Positions 9,859 through 20,433 of a DNA stretch of 64,000 nt are shown piece after piece; within the stretch, counting starts at the first letter, position 1; each line of letters opens with the position of its first letter. Below the pieces are notes generated by a model. The model was not told the origin of the DNA. It searched no databases and saw only the letters and a program-made list of their open reading frames with translations. Location of the stretch: contig CAYZIP010000004.1 of assembly GCA_964478695.1 (NCBI GenBank), positions 401 through 64,400 on the forward strand. The letters run 5' to 3'. Made by a program: the position numbers and the translations under genes. The stretch is from an uncultured Candidatus Saccharibacteria bacterium (lineage in GTDB: Bacteria > Patescibacteriota > Saccharimonadia > JAGOAT01 > CAYZIP01).

Positions 9859-10596
9859 TCAAGTACTCCTAGCCATAATGATAGCAGCCGTCTCTGATCG
9901 CAGAATATTGCCATCCATTTTTACTGTTGTAATATGACTTTTACTAAACCATAGCCTCTCTTTATCACTAAATCCCCCTTCTGGTCCAATTACAGCAATA
10001 CTACTATCTAGAAGAGCATTTGAAAGTAGTAAGCTACTGTGGTGATCTAAAATTACTAAATTACTGTACTGATCATATAAGTCAGCGAAACTCATTTTAC
10101 ATTCTATATCAAGTAGATTACTTCTACCTGACTGCATACAAGCAGCACGACTCAGGGCTTGCCAATGTCTAATTTTACGATTAAATAGATCTATGCTTAA
10201 AGACTGGCTATAATCTGTTTTCAGTAGGATAAGTTTAAGGCATCCTAGTTCTGTTAGTTTTTCGATTACTAAATCTAGCCTATAGTGATCTATCATGGCT
10301 AAGACAATAATTTTATTAGAAGTATAGCTATTTAAAACTACTTTATCATCTATTTTTAATATAAGATCCTGGCCTTTACTAATAGACTCTATATGTACTT
10401 TTAAAAAATCATCTTCTATCCTAATGATAAATTTATCATTAGCCTTAAATCTTCGTACTCGAATTAGATAATGATAGTCTTTACTTTTAAAAGATACTAA
10501 ATATCTATTATCTTTTAAAGTATAGTCCTGCAGCCAAAAGTATGAGCTGAGGTCAGGATTAACGCTTGGAATATTGCGGTGCTTTTCTGGCTCCAC
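9859..10596 (-). CDS. rsmE: 16S rRNA m3U1498 methyltransferase (start uncertain)
   Basis: HYLIRVRR, EKLTELG, AACMQSGR, IGPEGGFS, ILRSETAAI. Confidence 0.92.
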   Translation of the reverse strand: MEPEKHRNIPSVNPDLSSYFWLQDYTLKDNRYLVSFKSKDYHYLIRVRRFKANDKFIIRIEDDFLKVHIESISKGQDLILKIDDKVVLNSYTSNKIIVLAMIDHYRLDLVIEKLTELGCLKLILLKTDYSQSLSIDLFNRKIRHWQALSRAACMQSGRSNLLDIECKMSFADLYDQYSNLVILDHHSSLLLSNALLDSSIAVIGPEGGFSDKERLWFSKSHITTVKMDGNILRSETAAIIMARST

Positions 10597-10972
10597 GCAA
10601 TCCTGGCTTCTTTCTTTCTTTGACCCTAGGGTCTCTAGTGAGAAGTCCTGCCTTTTTCAAAGTAGTCTTCCATTCAGGATTTAGTTCTATCAAACATCTA
10701 GCTATAGCCAATCTACTGGCATCAACTTGCCCTTTTACCCCACCCCCTTTGGCCTGTAGAGATATGTCAAACTCTCCTTCTTTAGATAAAATCTTAAATG
10801 GCTCATTGATTAAATCTATCAATGTTGGATTATTAAAATAGCTTTTATAATCAATTTTATTAACTGTAATATTACCTTTACCATTGGTATGAAGATGTGC
10901 TGTTACTACAGATTCTTTACGTCTTCCTACACTATAATAATAATGCAATTTTTCTACTTCTGATGTAGTCAT
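10559..10972 (-). CDS. rpsI: 30S ribosomal protein uS9
   Basis: GRRKES, GGGVKGQ, LTRDPRVKERKKPG, QYSKR. Confidence 0.98.
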   Translation of the reverse strand: MTTSEVEKLHYYYSVGRRKESVVTAHLHTNGKGNITVNKIDYKSYFNNPTLIDLINEPFKILSKEGEFDISLQAKGGGVKGQVDASRLAIARCLIELNPEWKTTLKKAGLLTRDPRVKERKKPGLRGARKAPQYSKR

Positions 10973-10974
10973 AA

Positions 10975-11418
10975 TTATTTCTTCTCCATGATTATAGGTT
11001 CTGGTTTTTGGGCCTGTTCTATATAAGTACCATCACTATATACTCTTAGTCTAGCTAACTGTTGTGCGGCTAATTTATTCTTTGGCAACATTCTCTTTAC
11101 TGCTAATCTGATCACCTCTTTGGGGTGACTTACAAGCATTTGTTCTAATGTCTTTACCTTTAGCCCTCCTGGGTATCCACTATGACTATAGTAATTCTTT
11201 TCAGTCATTTTATCACCAGTAACAGCAACCTTACTGGCATTAATCACAATAACATAATTTCCTGATAACATATGGGGAGTATACTGAGCACTATCTTTGC
11301 CCATTAGCCTAATGGCTATCAAACTAGCTAATCTACCTAGATTTTGACCTTCGGCATCGACAATATACCACTTACCAATATTATTAGCTTTTAAATTGAA
11401 GGTTTTATTTCTTAACAT
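10975..11418 (-). CDS. rplM: 50S ribosomal protein uL13
   Basis: WYIVDA, LGRLAS, HSGYPGGLK, MLPKNKL. Confidence 0.98.
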   Translation of the reverse strand: MLRNKTFNLKANNIGKWYIVDAEGQNLGRLASLIAIRLMGKDSAQYTPHMLSGNYVIVINASKVAVTGDKMTEKNYYSHSGYPGGLKVKTLEQMLVSHPKEVIRLAVKRMLPKNKLAAQQLARLRVYSDGTYIEQAQKPEPIIMEKK

Positions 11419-11933
11419 TATTTACTTCCTTCACTTTTTATGGTTTCCTTCTTTTTTTTATTGACAGTTGTTGGCTCTATAGTTTCAGTCTTATTCTCTA
11501 GCATGACTTGGCTTGTTTCAGGAATATTCTCTGATAAATTCTTATCATTTTTCGTGGCCATTTTAATAGGCTCATTGATAGTAATAAGTTCTATTTTAGA
11601 CATCAATGCTCCATCTCCAGACCTATATCCTAGCTTAATAGCTCTAGTATATCCAGAATTTTTAGTTTCCCACAGTGGCAATAGATCTTTAATAATTTTC
11701 TCTGTTACTATCTTTGATCCAACCCTAGAAGCCAGTAGTCTTCTTGACCCTAACTCAGGTTTTTTAGCCAATGTAATTAACTTATCTATAATAGGCTTAA
11801 TTTCTTTAGCTTTTTTGTCAGTAGTTTCTATAGATTCATATAAGAACAAAGATCTAATCAATCCACCTATTAAAGCTTTTCTTGGTCCGCTCTTTCTAGA
11901 AAATTTACGTCCTTTATATGAATGTCTATGCAT
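11418..11933 (-). CDS. rplQ: 50S ribosomal protein bL17 with C-terminal extension
   Basis: IETTDKKAKE, SGYTR, RSGDGA; ~50-aa charged tail. Confidence 0.96.
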   Translation of the reverse strand: MHRHSYKGRKFSRKSGPRKALIGGLIRSLFLYESIETTDKKAKEIKPIIDKLITLAKKPELGSRRLLASRVGSKIVTEKIIKDLLPLWETKNSGYTRAIKLGYRSGDGALMSKIELITINEPIKMATKNDKNLSENIPETSQVMLENKTETIEPTTVNKKKKETIKSEGSK

Positions 11934-11960
11934 ATTCTACTCCCTTATTTCTCGCTTGCT

Positions 11961-12887
11961 TTATTGAATCTCTAAAGACATTTCTTTTAATTTAGTAATA
12001 ACTTCTTCATAAGCCTTTTGTCCAAAGCCTTTAAGATTTTTAAGCTCTTCTCTGGTTAAGTTAGATAGCTGTAAAACCGTGCTTAAACCATTATTGTTTA
12101 AAGCATTTGTAGTTCGGGGGGTCATACCTAAATCATCTATAGATACATTCTTTAAATTACTAATCATACTATGTTCATCTTCAATATCAATAACTGTCAG
12201 GGTCTCTACTCCGGCTAATGCCTGAAAATGTGCCACCAAGATAGCACTAGCTTGCTCGACGGCCTTAAGTGGACTAATAGTTCCATTAGTCTCTAGAGTT
12301 AATACTAAACGGTCTAAATTAGTCATTTGTCCCACACGTGTATTCTCTAAAGTAAAATTGACTTTTTTGATGGGAGAGAAAAGTGAGTCTACTGCTATCA
12401 CTCCTACTGGCTTATCTTGATTGACTCTATTTTCGACAGGGTAAAAACCTCTTCCTTGCTCCAAATATATCTCTATATCCAAAACGGCATTACTATCATC
12501 TATATGAGCTATTACTTGGTCTGGGTTGGCTATTTCAACATTTTGATTCAATACTATGTCGCTAGCCTTAACTACTGATTTACCTTTTTTCTTAAGTTTT
12601 ACCACTACTTTGTCATCTTGGTGAGATATAAAGTTAATAGATCTAATATTTAAAACTATATTAACTACATCCTCTACCACTCCCTTAATGGTAGTAAATT
12701 CATGGCTGGCTCCTTCTATCTTTACTCCACTAACAGCAGTACCAACTATTGAAGATAAAAGTATGCGTCTTAAAGCATTCCCAACTGTCATCCCGTACCC
12801 TGGATATAAAGGGGCTATCTCAAATTCGGCTAAGTTACCTTCTTGCTTTAAAAGTTTTATGTCTGGCATAGTGATATCTTGAATCAT
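11961..12887 (-). CDS. rpoA: RNA polymerase alpha subunit
   Basis: GYGMTVGNALRRILLSS, HEFTTIKGVVED, TRVGQMTNLDRL, alpha-CTD. Confidence 0.98.
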   Translation of the reverse strand: MIQDITMPDIKLLKQEGNLAEFEIAPLYPGYGMTVGNALRRILLSSIVGTAVSGVKIEGASHEFTTIKGVVEDVVNIVLNIRSINFISHQDDKVVVKLKKKGKSVVKASDIVLNQNVEIANPDQVIAHIDDSNAVLDIEIYLEQGRGFYPVENRVNQDKPVGVIAVDSLFSPIKKVNFTLENTRVGQMTNLDRLVLTLETNGTISPLKAVEQASAILVAHFQALAGVETLTVIDIEDEHSMISNLKNVSIDDLGMTPRTTNALNNNGLSTVLQLSNLTREELKNLKGFGQKAYEEVITKLKEMSLEIQ

Positions 12888-12910
12888 TTTATCTCCTTAA
12901 AAATTACTTA

Positions 12911-13513
12911 TTACCTTGAATAAAATTCAATAATTAATTGTTCTTGAATATGCGTATCTAACTCTTCTCTGGTGACTGCTCCTACTACTTTTACTTTGCC
13001 ACTTTTCTTATCTACAGAAAGCCAACTACTATCAACAGCTACAGTGGTATGATCAGTAAAGTATCCATTCTTTTTGCTTTTTTCTTTAACAGATATCTCA
13101 TCTCCAACACTGACCTTAATAGAAGGAATATCTACTTTTTTGCCATTTAATAATATGTGAGCATGGCTAACTAGTTGCCTGGCTGCTCTACGAGAAGTAG
13201 CTAGTCCAGCACGGTAACAAACATTATCTAATCTGGATTCTAATAAATGCAATAGATTTGATCCAGCTACACCTTCCATCTTAATGGCCTTATATACATA
13301 GCGCCTAAATTGCTTTTCTAATATTCCATATAGTAATTTTACCTTTTGTTTTTCTCTTAGCTGAACGGCATAGTCACTTGGTTTGGATCTACGCATAGCT
13401 CCATGTTGTCCAGGGCCATATGCCCTCTTATTCATATATTTAATTGCTTTATTATGAAGAGCTACTCCGTCTCTACGAGATAATTTAGTAATAGAATTAA
13501 GATTTCTAGCCAT
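12911..13513 (-). CDS. rpsD: 30S ribosomal protein uS4
   Basis: PGQHG, QLREKQK, LESRLDNV, LIIEFYSR. Confidence 0.98.
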   Translation of the reverse strand: MARNLNSITKLSRRDGVALHNKAIKYMNKRAYGPGQHGAMRRSKPSDYAVQLREKQKVKLLYGILEKQFRRYVYKAIKMEGVAGSNLLHLLESRLDNVCYRAGLATSRRAARQLVSHAHILLNGKKVDIPSIKVSVGDEISVKEKSKKNGYFTDHTTVAVDSSWLSVDKKSGKVKVVGAVTREELDTHIQEQLIIEFYSR

Positions 13514-13899
13514 TATACTCTCCTTGCCTTACGAGGCCTACACCCATTATGCGGAATAGGGGTGATGTCTTTAATCTCATTAACCACAATATTGGTATTA
13601 GCCACGGCTCGCACTGCAGATTCTCTTCCTGGGCCAACCCCTTTGATAAATACTTTTAATTCAGACATACCAATTTCACTGACTTGAGATAAAACTTTTT
13701 CAGCTGCGACCTGAGAAGCATATGGAGTACTTTTTCTAGAACCCTTAAAACCTGAAGCACCAGCACTATTCCAAGCCAATACATTGCCATTATCATCAGT
13801 GATAGAAATAATTGTATTATTAAATGAAGCATGGACATACATACGACCAGAGCTAACTCTAATCTTGCTTTTTTTCTTAGTAAATTTCTTGCTTGCCAT
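13513..13899 (-). CDS. rpsK: 30S ribosomal protein uS11
   Basis: [31 protein letters not shown]. Confidence 0.98.
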   Translation of the reverse strand: MASKKFTKKKSKIRVSSGRMYVHASFNNTIISITDDNGNVLAWNSAGASGFKGSRKSTPYASQVAAEKVLSQVSEIGMSELKVFIKGVGPGRESAVRAVANTNIVVNEIKDITPIPHNGCRPRKARRV

Positions 13900-13937
13900 A
13901 ATTAATCTCTTTAAATTTTCTCTCTTATAAATCTATA

Positions 13938-14324
13938 TTAGGTTTTAGATGCTGCTCTTTTTCGTCCACTACCCATGGTAACACGCTTACCTTTTCTGGT
14001 TCTAGAGTTAGTCCTGGTATTCTGTCCTCGACTAGGCAGTCCAGCTTTATGCCTTAACCCACGATAGCTACCTATTTCCTTTAGTCTTTTTACATTTAAA
14101 GCTATTTCTCTTGCCAAATCAGCTTCAACAACAAAATGAGAGTCAATATATTCTCTTATTTTAGTTACTTCGTTTTCAGTTAATTCTTTGACACGAAGAT
14201 TAGGATCTAGTCCCAGGCTTTTGATAATTTGTCTACTTCTAGATAATCCAACACCATTAATATAAGGTAAGCTATACTCTAGTTTTTTGTTATCTGGTAT
14301 ATTAGATCCTGCTATTCTCGCCAT
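13938..14324 (-). CDS. rpsM: 30S ribosomal protein uS13
   Basis: MARIAG, SYRGLRHKAGLPSRGQNTRTN. Confidence 0.98.
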   Translation of the reverse strand: MARIAGSNIPDNKKLEYSLPYINGVGLSRSRQIIKSLGLDPNLRVKELTENEVTKIREYIDSHFVVEADLAREIALNVKRLKEIGSYRGLRHKAGLPSRGQNTRTNSRTRKGKRVTMGSGRKRAASKT

Positions 14325-14344
14325 ACTTTATTAGCCTTACTCCT

Positions 14345-14458
14345 TTATCCTTGTCTTTGCTTATGTTTAGGGTTAACACATATTACTCGCACCACACCTT
14401 CTCTGCGAATAACTTTACACTTAGAACATATTTTCTTAACGCCAGCTCTTACTTTCAT
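14345..14458 (-). CDS. rpmJ: 50S ribosomal protein bL36 (37 aa, zinc-ribbon form; absent from ORF track)
   Basis: Manual translation [37 protein letters not shown]; between infA and rpsM. Confidence 0.97.
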   Translation of the reverse strand: MKVRAGVKKICSKCKVIRREGVVRVICVNPKHKQRQG

Positions 14459-14469
14459 AATATAAAAAA

Positions 14470-14691
14470 TTATTTTTGTCTAAAGACAATCCTTCCTTTA
14501 TTAAGATCATATGGTGTTAATTCTACCTTAACGGTATCCCCAGGCAATATTTTAATATAGTTCATTCTCATACGACCAGAGATATGCGCTATAATAATAT
14601 GCCCCTCGCTAAGTTCTACCTTAAAAGCGGCATTAGGCAATGCTTCTAATACTTTGCCTTCTAGCTCTAATATATCTGCCTTCTTTGACAT
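14470..14691 (-). CDS. infA: Translation initiation factor IF-1
   Basis: [30 protein letters not shown]. Confidence 0.98.
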   Translation of the reverse strand: MSKKADILELEGKVLEALPNAAFKVELSEGHIIIAHISGRMRMNYIKILPGDTVKVELTPYDLNKGRIVFRQK

Positions 14692-14703
14692 TACGTATCT
14701 ATT

Positions 14704-14733
14704 ATTATACTAATATAGTCATTCATATGTAAA
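14704..14733 (-). promoter_or_regulatory. Putative infA promoter
   Basis: TTTACA-N18-TATAAT ending 12 nt before the ATG. Confidence 0.5.
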
Positions 14734-14743
14734 TACTTTTTAC

Positions 14744-16066
14744 CTAAAACTTACTATAAGAAACATTAGTATTGCGACTCTCTAATTGTTTTAGCGTTTC
14801 TATAACCACAGAAACCACAATCAATAACCCTGTTCCACCTATAGTAAGTTGAGAGCTGGCACTTAATTTAAAGATATGACTTAGTATAAATGGAGCCACG
14901 GCCACGATAGCCAGCCCCAAGGATCCTATTAAAGACACTCTTAATACTGTCTTTTGTATATAATTAATAGTTTCAGTACCAGGTCTAATACCAGGGATAA
15001 AACCCCCTTGTTTTTGAAGGTTCTCATTCATTTCAACAGGCTTGAAAATAATAGAAGTATAAAAATATGTACATACAATCACTAAAGTAAAGTAGGTAAT
15101 TATATAATACCAACTAGTTTGTGAAGAAAAATTAGCAGTTAGCCAAGCCGCAATATCAGCCACTGTTTTAGATTTAGCATTAGCAAAAGCATTACCTAAC
15201 AAAGTTGGAACTGATAAAAATGCTAAAGAGAAAATGATAGGCACTACTCCAGCACTAATTACCCTAATAGGTAATACACTTTCTATGGTTTGATTAGATA
15301 TCATCTGTTTTTTCGTATATGTAACTGGTATTTTCTTTTCACCTTGGTTCAAGTAAACAACAAAGAGCAAAGCCGCTATACTAAGGGCTATAATTAAAAT
15401 ATAAGAAAATATTTTAGAACTATCAGACAGTACCAAACTATAATTACTTAATGCCATTCTTGGTAGACCAGCCACTATTCCAGCCATAATAATAATAGAA
15501 GTTCCATTGCCTATGCCTTTTTCTGTGATTAATTCACCTAGCCAAATTAGAAACATGGTGCCAGCTAGCATGGATGCTACCATAACCGCCCATTGATATA
15601 GGCTTGGAGACCCGATCAAATCAACTCCCCCACTACCTCCTGTAGATTGTTTGATTAGTAGTATTGTAGCTACGGCTTGCAGCATACCTAGAGGGACTGT
15701 CAAAAGCCTAGTATAATTATTAATCATTCTTCTGCCATGCTCTCCTTCTTTAGAAAGAGACTCCAGTTTTGGGACAACTTGAGTTAATAACTGAATAATA
15801 ATTGAGGCATTAATATAAGGTCCTAACCCTAGCATAATTACAGAAAAATTACTAAGAGCGCCACCAGAAAATAGATTGGCAAATCCTAGCAAGTCATTGC
15901 TGGCGAATAAACCCTTTAGAAAATTTTGAAGCTGGGTAACATTTGGAACCGGTACAGTGATATTGGTTAATAGGGCATAAATAGCCAAGATAAATAGAAC
16001 TAAAGAAATACGTCTCTTTAAGTCTGGATTTAATAATAGATCTCTAAAGTCTTTGATAGAATTCAT
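14744..16066 (-). CDS. secY: Preprotein translocase subunit SecY
   Basis: FSGGAL, LGLGPYINASII, GIGNGTS, FIPGIRPG, GGTGLLIVVSV. Confidence 0.98.
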   Translation of the reverse strand: MNSIKDFRDLLLNPDLKRRISLVLFILAIYALLTNITVPVPNVTQLQNFLKGLFASNDLLGFANLFSGGALSNFSVIMLGLGPYINASIIIQLLTQVVPKLESLSKEGEHGRRMINNYTRLLTVPLGMLQAVATILLIKQSTGGSGGVDLIGSPSLYQWAVMVASMLAGTMFLIWLGELITEKGIGNGTSIIIMAGIVAGLPRMALSNYSLVLSDSSKIFSYILIIALSIAALLFVVYLNQGEKKIPVTYTKKQMISNQTIESVLPIRVISAGVVPIIFSLAFLSVPTLLGNAFANAKSKTVADIAAWLTANFSSQTSWYYIITYFTLVIVCTYFYTSIIFKPVEMNENLQKQGGFIPGIRPGTETINYIQKTVLRVSLIGSLGLAIVAVAPFILSHIFKLSASSQLTIGGTGLLIVVSVVIETLKQLESRNTNVSYSKF

Positions 16067-16130
16067 GCTTTACTTTTATTAAAAGTATCCCTCTTTATAT
16101 TTAATATATTTAGCAGTTATATAAAAACTA

Positions 16131-16547
16131 TTATATAGTTTTGCCACCTACTTTTTCTAGAGCCTTTAAAGCCTTAGTACTAATAGCATCCACTTCAACC
16201 ATAAAAGCTTTATTAAACTCTTGGTCAAATAAAATTTTGATAGGTTTAGTAATATCTTTAATAAAACCACTACTTAATAATACTTCTCTTGTAATATTGT
16301 CTGTATCAGAGAGAGTATTAATTTGGCTCACTTTTACAATTTGAGCTTTAGCCCTTACTGGCTTATTGCCATTATATTTTGGCAGTCTTCTAGAAAGCTT
16401 GGTTTGACCTCCTTCAAACCCCATGGCAATAGAACCACCCTTACGGGCCTTCTGCCCCTTAGTCCCACGGCCGGCAGTTTTGCCTTTACCACTACCTATA
16501 CCACGGCCTACTCTTTTAGCTTTTGATACTAATTTTTTATGTATCAT
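16131..16547 (-). CDS. rplO: 50S ribosomal protein uL15
   Basis: RVGRGIGSGKGKTAGRGTKGQKAR, FEGGQ. Confidence 0.97.
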   Translation of the reverse strand: MIHKKLVSKAKRVGRGIGSGKGKTAGRGTKGQKARKGGSIAMGFEGGQTKLSRRLPKYNGNKPVRAKAQIVKVSQINTLSDTDNITREVLLSSGFIKDITKPIKILFDQEFNKAFMVEVDAISTKALKALEKVGGKTI

Positions 16548-16550
16548 ATC

Positions 16551-17093
16551 TTAAGCCTCCTCTTTCTGATCAAAATCATAAGGGTCAGGATCAGGTAGTT
16601 TAAAATGACGCAAAGCATCTAGGGTAGCCAAAGCATTATTCAGAGTATTATTAGATCCTAATGCTTTAGTTAAAACATCTTTAATTCCACAAACTTCTAA
16701 GACTGATCTTACTGCTCCACCAGCGATAACCCCGGTTCCTTGGGATGCTGGTTTGAGCATAACTCTAGCACTGCCAAGTTTGCCATAAATTTCGTGTTTG
16801 ATTGTATGATTATCAAATATATCAACCACCATGGTATTACGCCAAGCTCTCTGAGAAGCCATAGATATAGCCGTAGCCACATCTTTTCCTTTAGAAATAC
16901 CTAGCCCCACTTGACCATTCTTATCTCCGACTACAACAGTGGCTCTGAATCTAAATCTTCTTCCTCCCTTTACTACTCTAACCACCCTATCTAAGCTTAG
17001 TAATTTTTCTACTTTTTCTTCTGATTTAATGATTGCCGGTGCAGTGTCTAGCGTTGTTGTGGGTTTAGATGATTTCTCTATTTTATCTGCCAT
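16551..17093 (-). CDS. rpsE: 30S ribosomal protein uS5
   Basis: RVVKGGRRFRF, GTGVIAGG, KALGSNN. Confidence 0.98.
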   Translation of the reverse strand: MADKIEKSSKPTTTLDTAPAIIKSEEKVEKLLSLDRVVRVVKGGRRFRFRATVVVGDKNGQVGLGISKGKDVATAISMASQRAWRNTMVVDIFDNHTIKHEIYGKLGSARVMLKPASQGTGVIAGGAVRSVLEVCGIKDVLTKALGSNNTLNNALATLDALRHFKLPDPDPYDFDQKEEA

Positions 17094-17108
17094 TTCATTA
17101 CTCCTTAT

Positions 17109-17456
17109 TTAGAACTTAATCCCATTTTCTCTTAACTTTTGAGCAAAAGCCTTAACACGTCCATGATATAATTTGCTACCTCTATCAAATACTATGGTAT
17201 CAATTTTGGCTTTCTTTAGTCCAGCCGCTACATCACCACCGAAGTTTTCGGCCAAAGCTATCATAGTACTACTTTTATCTTTTTTAATAGAAGCAGCATA
17301 TACAGTATGTTTATTCTTATCATCTATAGCCTGGGCATACAAAGCTCTCGCACTTACCCTAAAAGATAGCCTGGGACGATCATTAGATCCATTAACCACA
17401 GACCTTACTCTTTTTCTTCTTAAAAATCTTTGTTGATTAATACTAATACTACTCAT
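17109..17456 (-). CDS. rplR: 50S ribosomal protein uL18
   Basis: RPRLS, VFDRG, YHGRVKAFA. Confidence 0.96.
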   Translation of the reverse strand: MSSISINQQRFLRRKRVRSVVNGSNDRPRLSFRVSARALYAQAIDDKNKHTVYAASIKKDKSSTMIALAENFGGDVAAGLKKAKIDTIVFDRGSKLYHGRVKAFAQKLRENGIKF

Positions 17457-17465
17457 AATTATCTC

Positions 17466-18005
17466 CTATCCTTTAGCCGAAGTCTTACCGGCTTTTCTTC
17501 TAATAACTTCATCACTATATTTAATGCCTTTGCCTTTGTATGGTTCTGGCTTTTTAAGGCTACGAATATCAGAGGCAACTTGTCCTACTAATTGCTTGTC
17601 AATGCCGATAACAGTAATTTGATTGTTAGTCACGTTAAAAGTAATTCCTTCAGGACATTTAAAATTGATTTTATGAGAAAATCCTAAGCTAAATACTAGA
17701 TCCTCTCCATTTTTCTCCACCCTATAACCAACACCATTGATTTCTAATATCTTTTCAAATCCTTCAGAAACACCAATAACCATATTATCTATTAGTGTTC
17801 GTAAAAGCCCATATTTTTTTCTAGTATCTTGATTATCTGTTAACTGTGTAACCTCTATTTTGCCATCTTGAGTTTTAATTTCAAATCCAGCAAATAAAGG
17901 CTGCTTAAGTTCTCCCTTAGAGCCATTAACAATAATAACATTATTATCAACACTTATCTGAACTGTTTCTGGTAATAAAATTGGTTGTCTGCCTATTCTA
18001 CTCAT
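17466..18005 (-). CDS. rplF: 50S ribosomal protein uL6
   Basis: MSRIGRQPI, GVGYR, PEPYKGKGIKY. Confidence 0.98.
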   Translation of the reverse strand: MSRIGRQPILLPETVQISVDNNVIIVNGSKGELKQPLFAGFEIKTQDGKIEVTQLTDNQDTRKKYGLLRTLIDNMVIGVSEGFEKILEINGVGYRVEKNGEDLVFSLGFSHKINFKCPEGITFNVTNNQITVIGIDKQLVGQVASDIRSLKKPEPYKGKGIKYSDEVIRRKAGKTSAKG

Positions 18006-18008
18006 AAT

Positions 18009-18395
18009 CTACCACACCTTGCATATTAATTCACCACCGATACCTAGCTTATGAGCTTCATAACCAGTCATTACACCCCTAGAGGTGCTCACTATAGCGA
18101 TGCCATAGCCAGATAAAACAACTGGCAATTTGTCTTTAGGCACATAAACTCTTCGCCCTGGCTTACTCATTCTCACCAAAGAATTAAGCTCTTTCGTTCC
18201 TGGCAATATAATCTTAATATTCTTAAATTTAGCGCTATTATCTAAAGATACAGCTCCGATAAAACCATTCTTTAATATGATCTTAGCAATTGTATATTTT
18301 AGATTAGAATATGGGACTAATAACTCTGTTTTTTTGGCTAACTTAGCATTTCTAATCCTAGTTAACAAATCAGCTACTGGGTCTGTTGTATACAT
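18009..18395 (-). CDS. rpsH: 30S ribosomal protein uS8
   Basis: DPVADLLTRIRNA, SKPGRRVY, STSRGVM, GGE. Confidence 0.98.
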   Translation of the reverse strand: MYTTDPVADLLTRIRNAKLAKKTELLVPYSNLKYTIAKIILKNGFIGAVSLDNSAKFKNIKIILPGTKELNSLVRMSKPGRRVYVPKDKLPVVLSGYGIAIVSTSRGVMTGYEAHKLGIGGELICKVW

Positions 18396-18416
18396 ATTAT
18401 CTCTTATTCCTTTCTC

Positions 18417-18686
18417 TTACCAACTAGATTTCTTTATTCCAGGGATATAGCCTTTGGCTGCCAATTCTCTGAAGGTAATTCTAGATAGACCAAAAGCTCT
18501 AATATATCCCCTAGGGCGCCCGGTAATAGAGCATCTATTCTGAATACGGATGGGATTCGAGTTCTTAGGAAGTTTGGCCAAACCCTCAAAGTCCCCTAGT
18601 TTTTTTAGCTCTTTTCTCTTATCAGCATACTTCGAAGCCAATTCTACTCTCTGTAAATTTTTAACTACTTTTGATTTTTTAGCCAT
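18417..18686 (-). CDS. rpsN: 30S ribosomal protein uS14, 89-aa zinc-independent form
   Basis: [34 protein letters not shown]; only one Cys. Confidence 0.97.
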   Translation of the reverse strand: MAKKSKVVKNLQRVELASKYADKRKELKKLGDFEGLAKLPKNSNPIRIQNRCSITGRPRGYIRAFGLSRITFRELAAKGYIPGIKKSSW

Positions 18687-18687
18687 A

Positions 18688-19248
18688 TTATTTGCTCCTT
18701 TCTAGAGGCATACCCAAACTATTTAATAAAGCTATGCTATCTTCTTTTTTCTTGGCCTTGATAATGATATTGCACTGTAAACTATGACTAAACATAGTAT
18801 CATCCATAGGGATTTCTGGAAAAACATTGTGATCAACTAAGCCAATGCTATAATTGCCCTGTCCATCAAATGCCTTAATACTTAATCCATGAAAATCTCT
18901 TATTCTAGGTAAGGCGGCATAGATTAGTTTGTCTAAGAAATAATACATTTTACTGCCTCGTAATGTCACTTTTGCTCCGATTTTCATACCATCTCTTAAT
19001 TTAAATCCAGCTATGCTTTTACGAGCCGTAGTTAGTATGGGCTTAGACATTGATATTGTTTCTAGATTTCCTAATACTTTTTCCATATAAGCCTTGTCTT
19101 CTTTGAACTTACCAAATCCTACATTTAACACCACTTTTTCTATTGATGGCACTTCATTTATATTGCTATAGCCTAAGTCTTTTTGAAGAGCAGCTTTAAT
19201 CTGCTGATATTTACTTAATGTAGTAGAAACTAGTTTTTTGTTAATCAT
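18688..19248 (-). CDS. rplE: 50S ribosomal protein uL5
   Basis: [36 protein letters not shown]. Confidence 0.98.
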   Translation of the reverse strand: MINKKLVSTTLSKYQQIKAALQKDLGYSNINEVPSIEKVVLNVGFGKFKEDKAYMEKVLGNLETISMSKPILTTARKSIAGFKLRDGMKIGAKVTLRGSKMYYFLDKLIYAALPRIRDFHGLSIKAFDGQGNYSIGLVDHNVFPEIPMDDTMFSHSLQCNIIIKAKKKEDSIALLNSLGMPLERSK

Positions 19249-19622
19249 TTCTTTGCTCCTTTTTCATCTTCAATACTAGTTTTTTCTACTTTGGTTTTTT
19301 TAACCGCCTTACTATTATGTCCCAAACTTTTAATCACATTAAAGACTCTTTCTTTTTTACCATTCTTGATTAGATAGGAAATACGAGCTGGCTTACTACT
19401 GGATGGATCTAGAGGAATCACTTTAGAAATATCCACCATGCGAGGAAATTCTAGTATTGTTCCCTTAGGGAACTTGCTATTAGCCTTTTGGTGCTTTTTA
19501 ACCATAAACATATTTGCTAATGCTATCTGTTTTTTACTATGATCAATACGAATAATTTTAGCTACCTGGCCTTTATCTTTGCCAGATATAATCATCACTT
19601 GATCGCCTTTAATAAGCTTCAT
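19245..19622 (-). CDS. rplX: 50S ribosomal protein uL24
   Basis: KGDQVMIISGKDKG KOW motif; position in the spc cluster. Confidence 0.95.
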   Translation of the reverse strand: MKLIKGDQVMIISGKDKGQVAKIIRIDHSKKQIALANMFMVKKHQKANSKFPKGTILEFPRMVDISKVIPLDPSSSKPARISYLIKNGKKERVFNVIKSLGHNSKAVKKTKVEKTSIEDEKGAKK

Positions 19623-19991
19623 CTATATTACCTCCGGTGCTAGTGATATGATTTTCATATATCCTAGATCACGCAGCTCTCTTGTAACTGGTCCGAATAT
19701 TCTGGTTCCTCTAGGGACACCGGCCTTATCTATAATAACTGCTGCATTTTCATCAAAACGAACTAAAGAACCATCATTACGAGATAATTCTTTACGAGTA
19801 CGAACTACCACTGCTCTGACAACTTCTTTTTTCTTCACTACGCCATTAGGTGCTGCTGCCTTAACTGTAGCTACTATAATATCACCTATTCTAGCATAAC
19901 GACGTCTGGAGCTACCCAAAACCTTGATACAAACAATACGCTTTGCTCCCGTATTATCAGCCACACTAAGGGCGGTTAAATGTTGTATCAT
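19623..19991 (-). CDS. rplN: 50S ribosomal protein uL14
   Basis: [32 protein letters not shown]. Confidence 0.98.
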   Translation of the reverse strand: MIQHLTALSVADNTGAKRIVCIKVLGSSRRRYARIGDIIVATVKAAAPNGVVKKKEVVRAVVVRTRKELSRNDGSLVRFDENAAVIIDKAGVPRGTRIFGPVTRELRDLGYMKIISLAPEVI

Positions 19992-20230
19992 TTTACCTCC
20001 TTAATAGCACTTAGTATAAAATATTTTCTCTTCGAGAGGGGACGAGATTCTGTTATTTCTACAAATTGTCCTTGTCTTAGATCAGAAAAATTATTAGTAT
20101 CAACTAAATACTTTTTACTTACTTTATATCTCTTCTTATATATAGGGTGAGTCTTGACTCTAGTTACCTTGACAGTAATAGTCTTGTCTTTAACTTCAGA
20201 TATGATTTCACCTGATAATACTCTAGCCAT
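19988..20230 (-). CDS. rpsQ: 30S ribosomal protein uS17
   Basis: [20 protein letters not shown]. Confidence 0.96.
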   Translation of the reverse strand: MARVLSGEIISEVKDKTITVKVTRVKTHPIYKKRYKVSKKYLVDTNNFSDLRQGQFVEITESRPLSKRKYFILSAIKEVK

Positions 20231-20432
20231 TTTGTTCTCCTATCTTTTCCCTCTTACTAATCTCTGTTAATACTGCTGCTATCTCTTTTCTTAACTTTGG
20301 GATCAAGGCCGTATTGTTACTTTTTTTAGTTAAAACCTCTACTCTATGTTCTGCCAAAGCATTTCTTTTTTCAGACAGCATCTTATGTAGCTGTTCTGTA
20401 GCCGTATTCTTAAAATCTATTTTATCTTTCAT
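20223..20432 (-). CDS. rpmC: 50S ribosomal protein uL29
   Basis: 69 aa, LRKEIAAVLT; lies between rplP and rpsQ. Confidence 0.9.
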   Translation of the reverse strand: MKDKIDFKNTATEQLHKMLSEKRNALAEHRVEVLTKKSNNTALIPKLRKEIAAVLTEISKREKIGEQNG

Positions 20433-20433
20433 T

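Noticed and set aside
9854-9861. Possible UGA-to-Gly recoding (genetic code 25)
   Set aside because: Conserved genes are full length under code 11 with no internal TGA, and TGA ends tgt, rsmE and rplX
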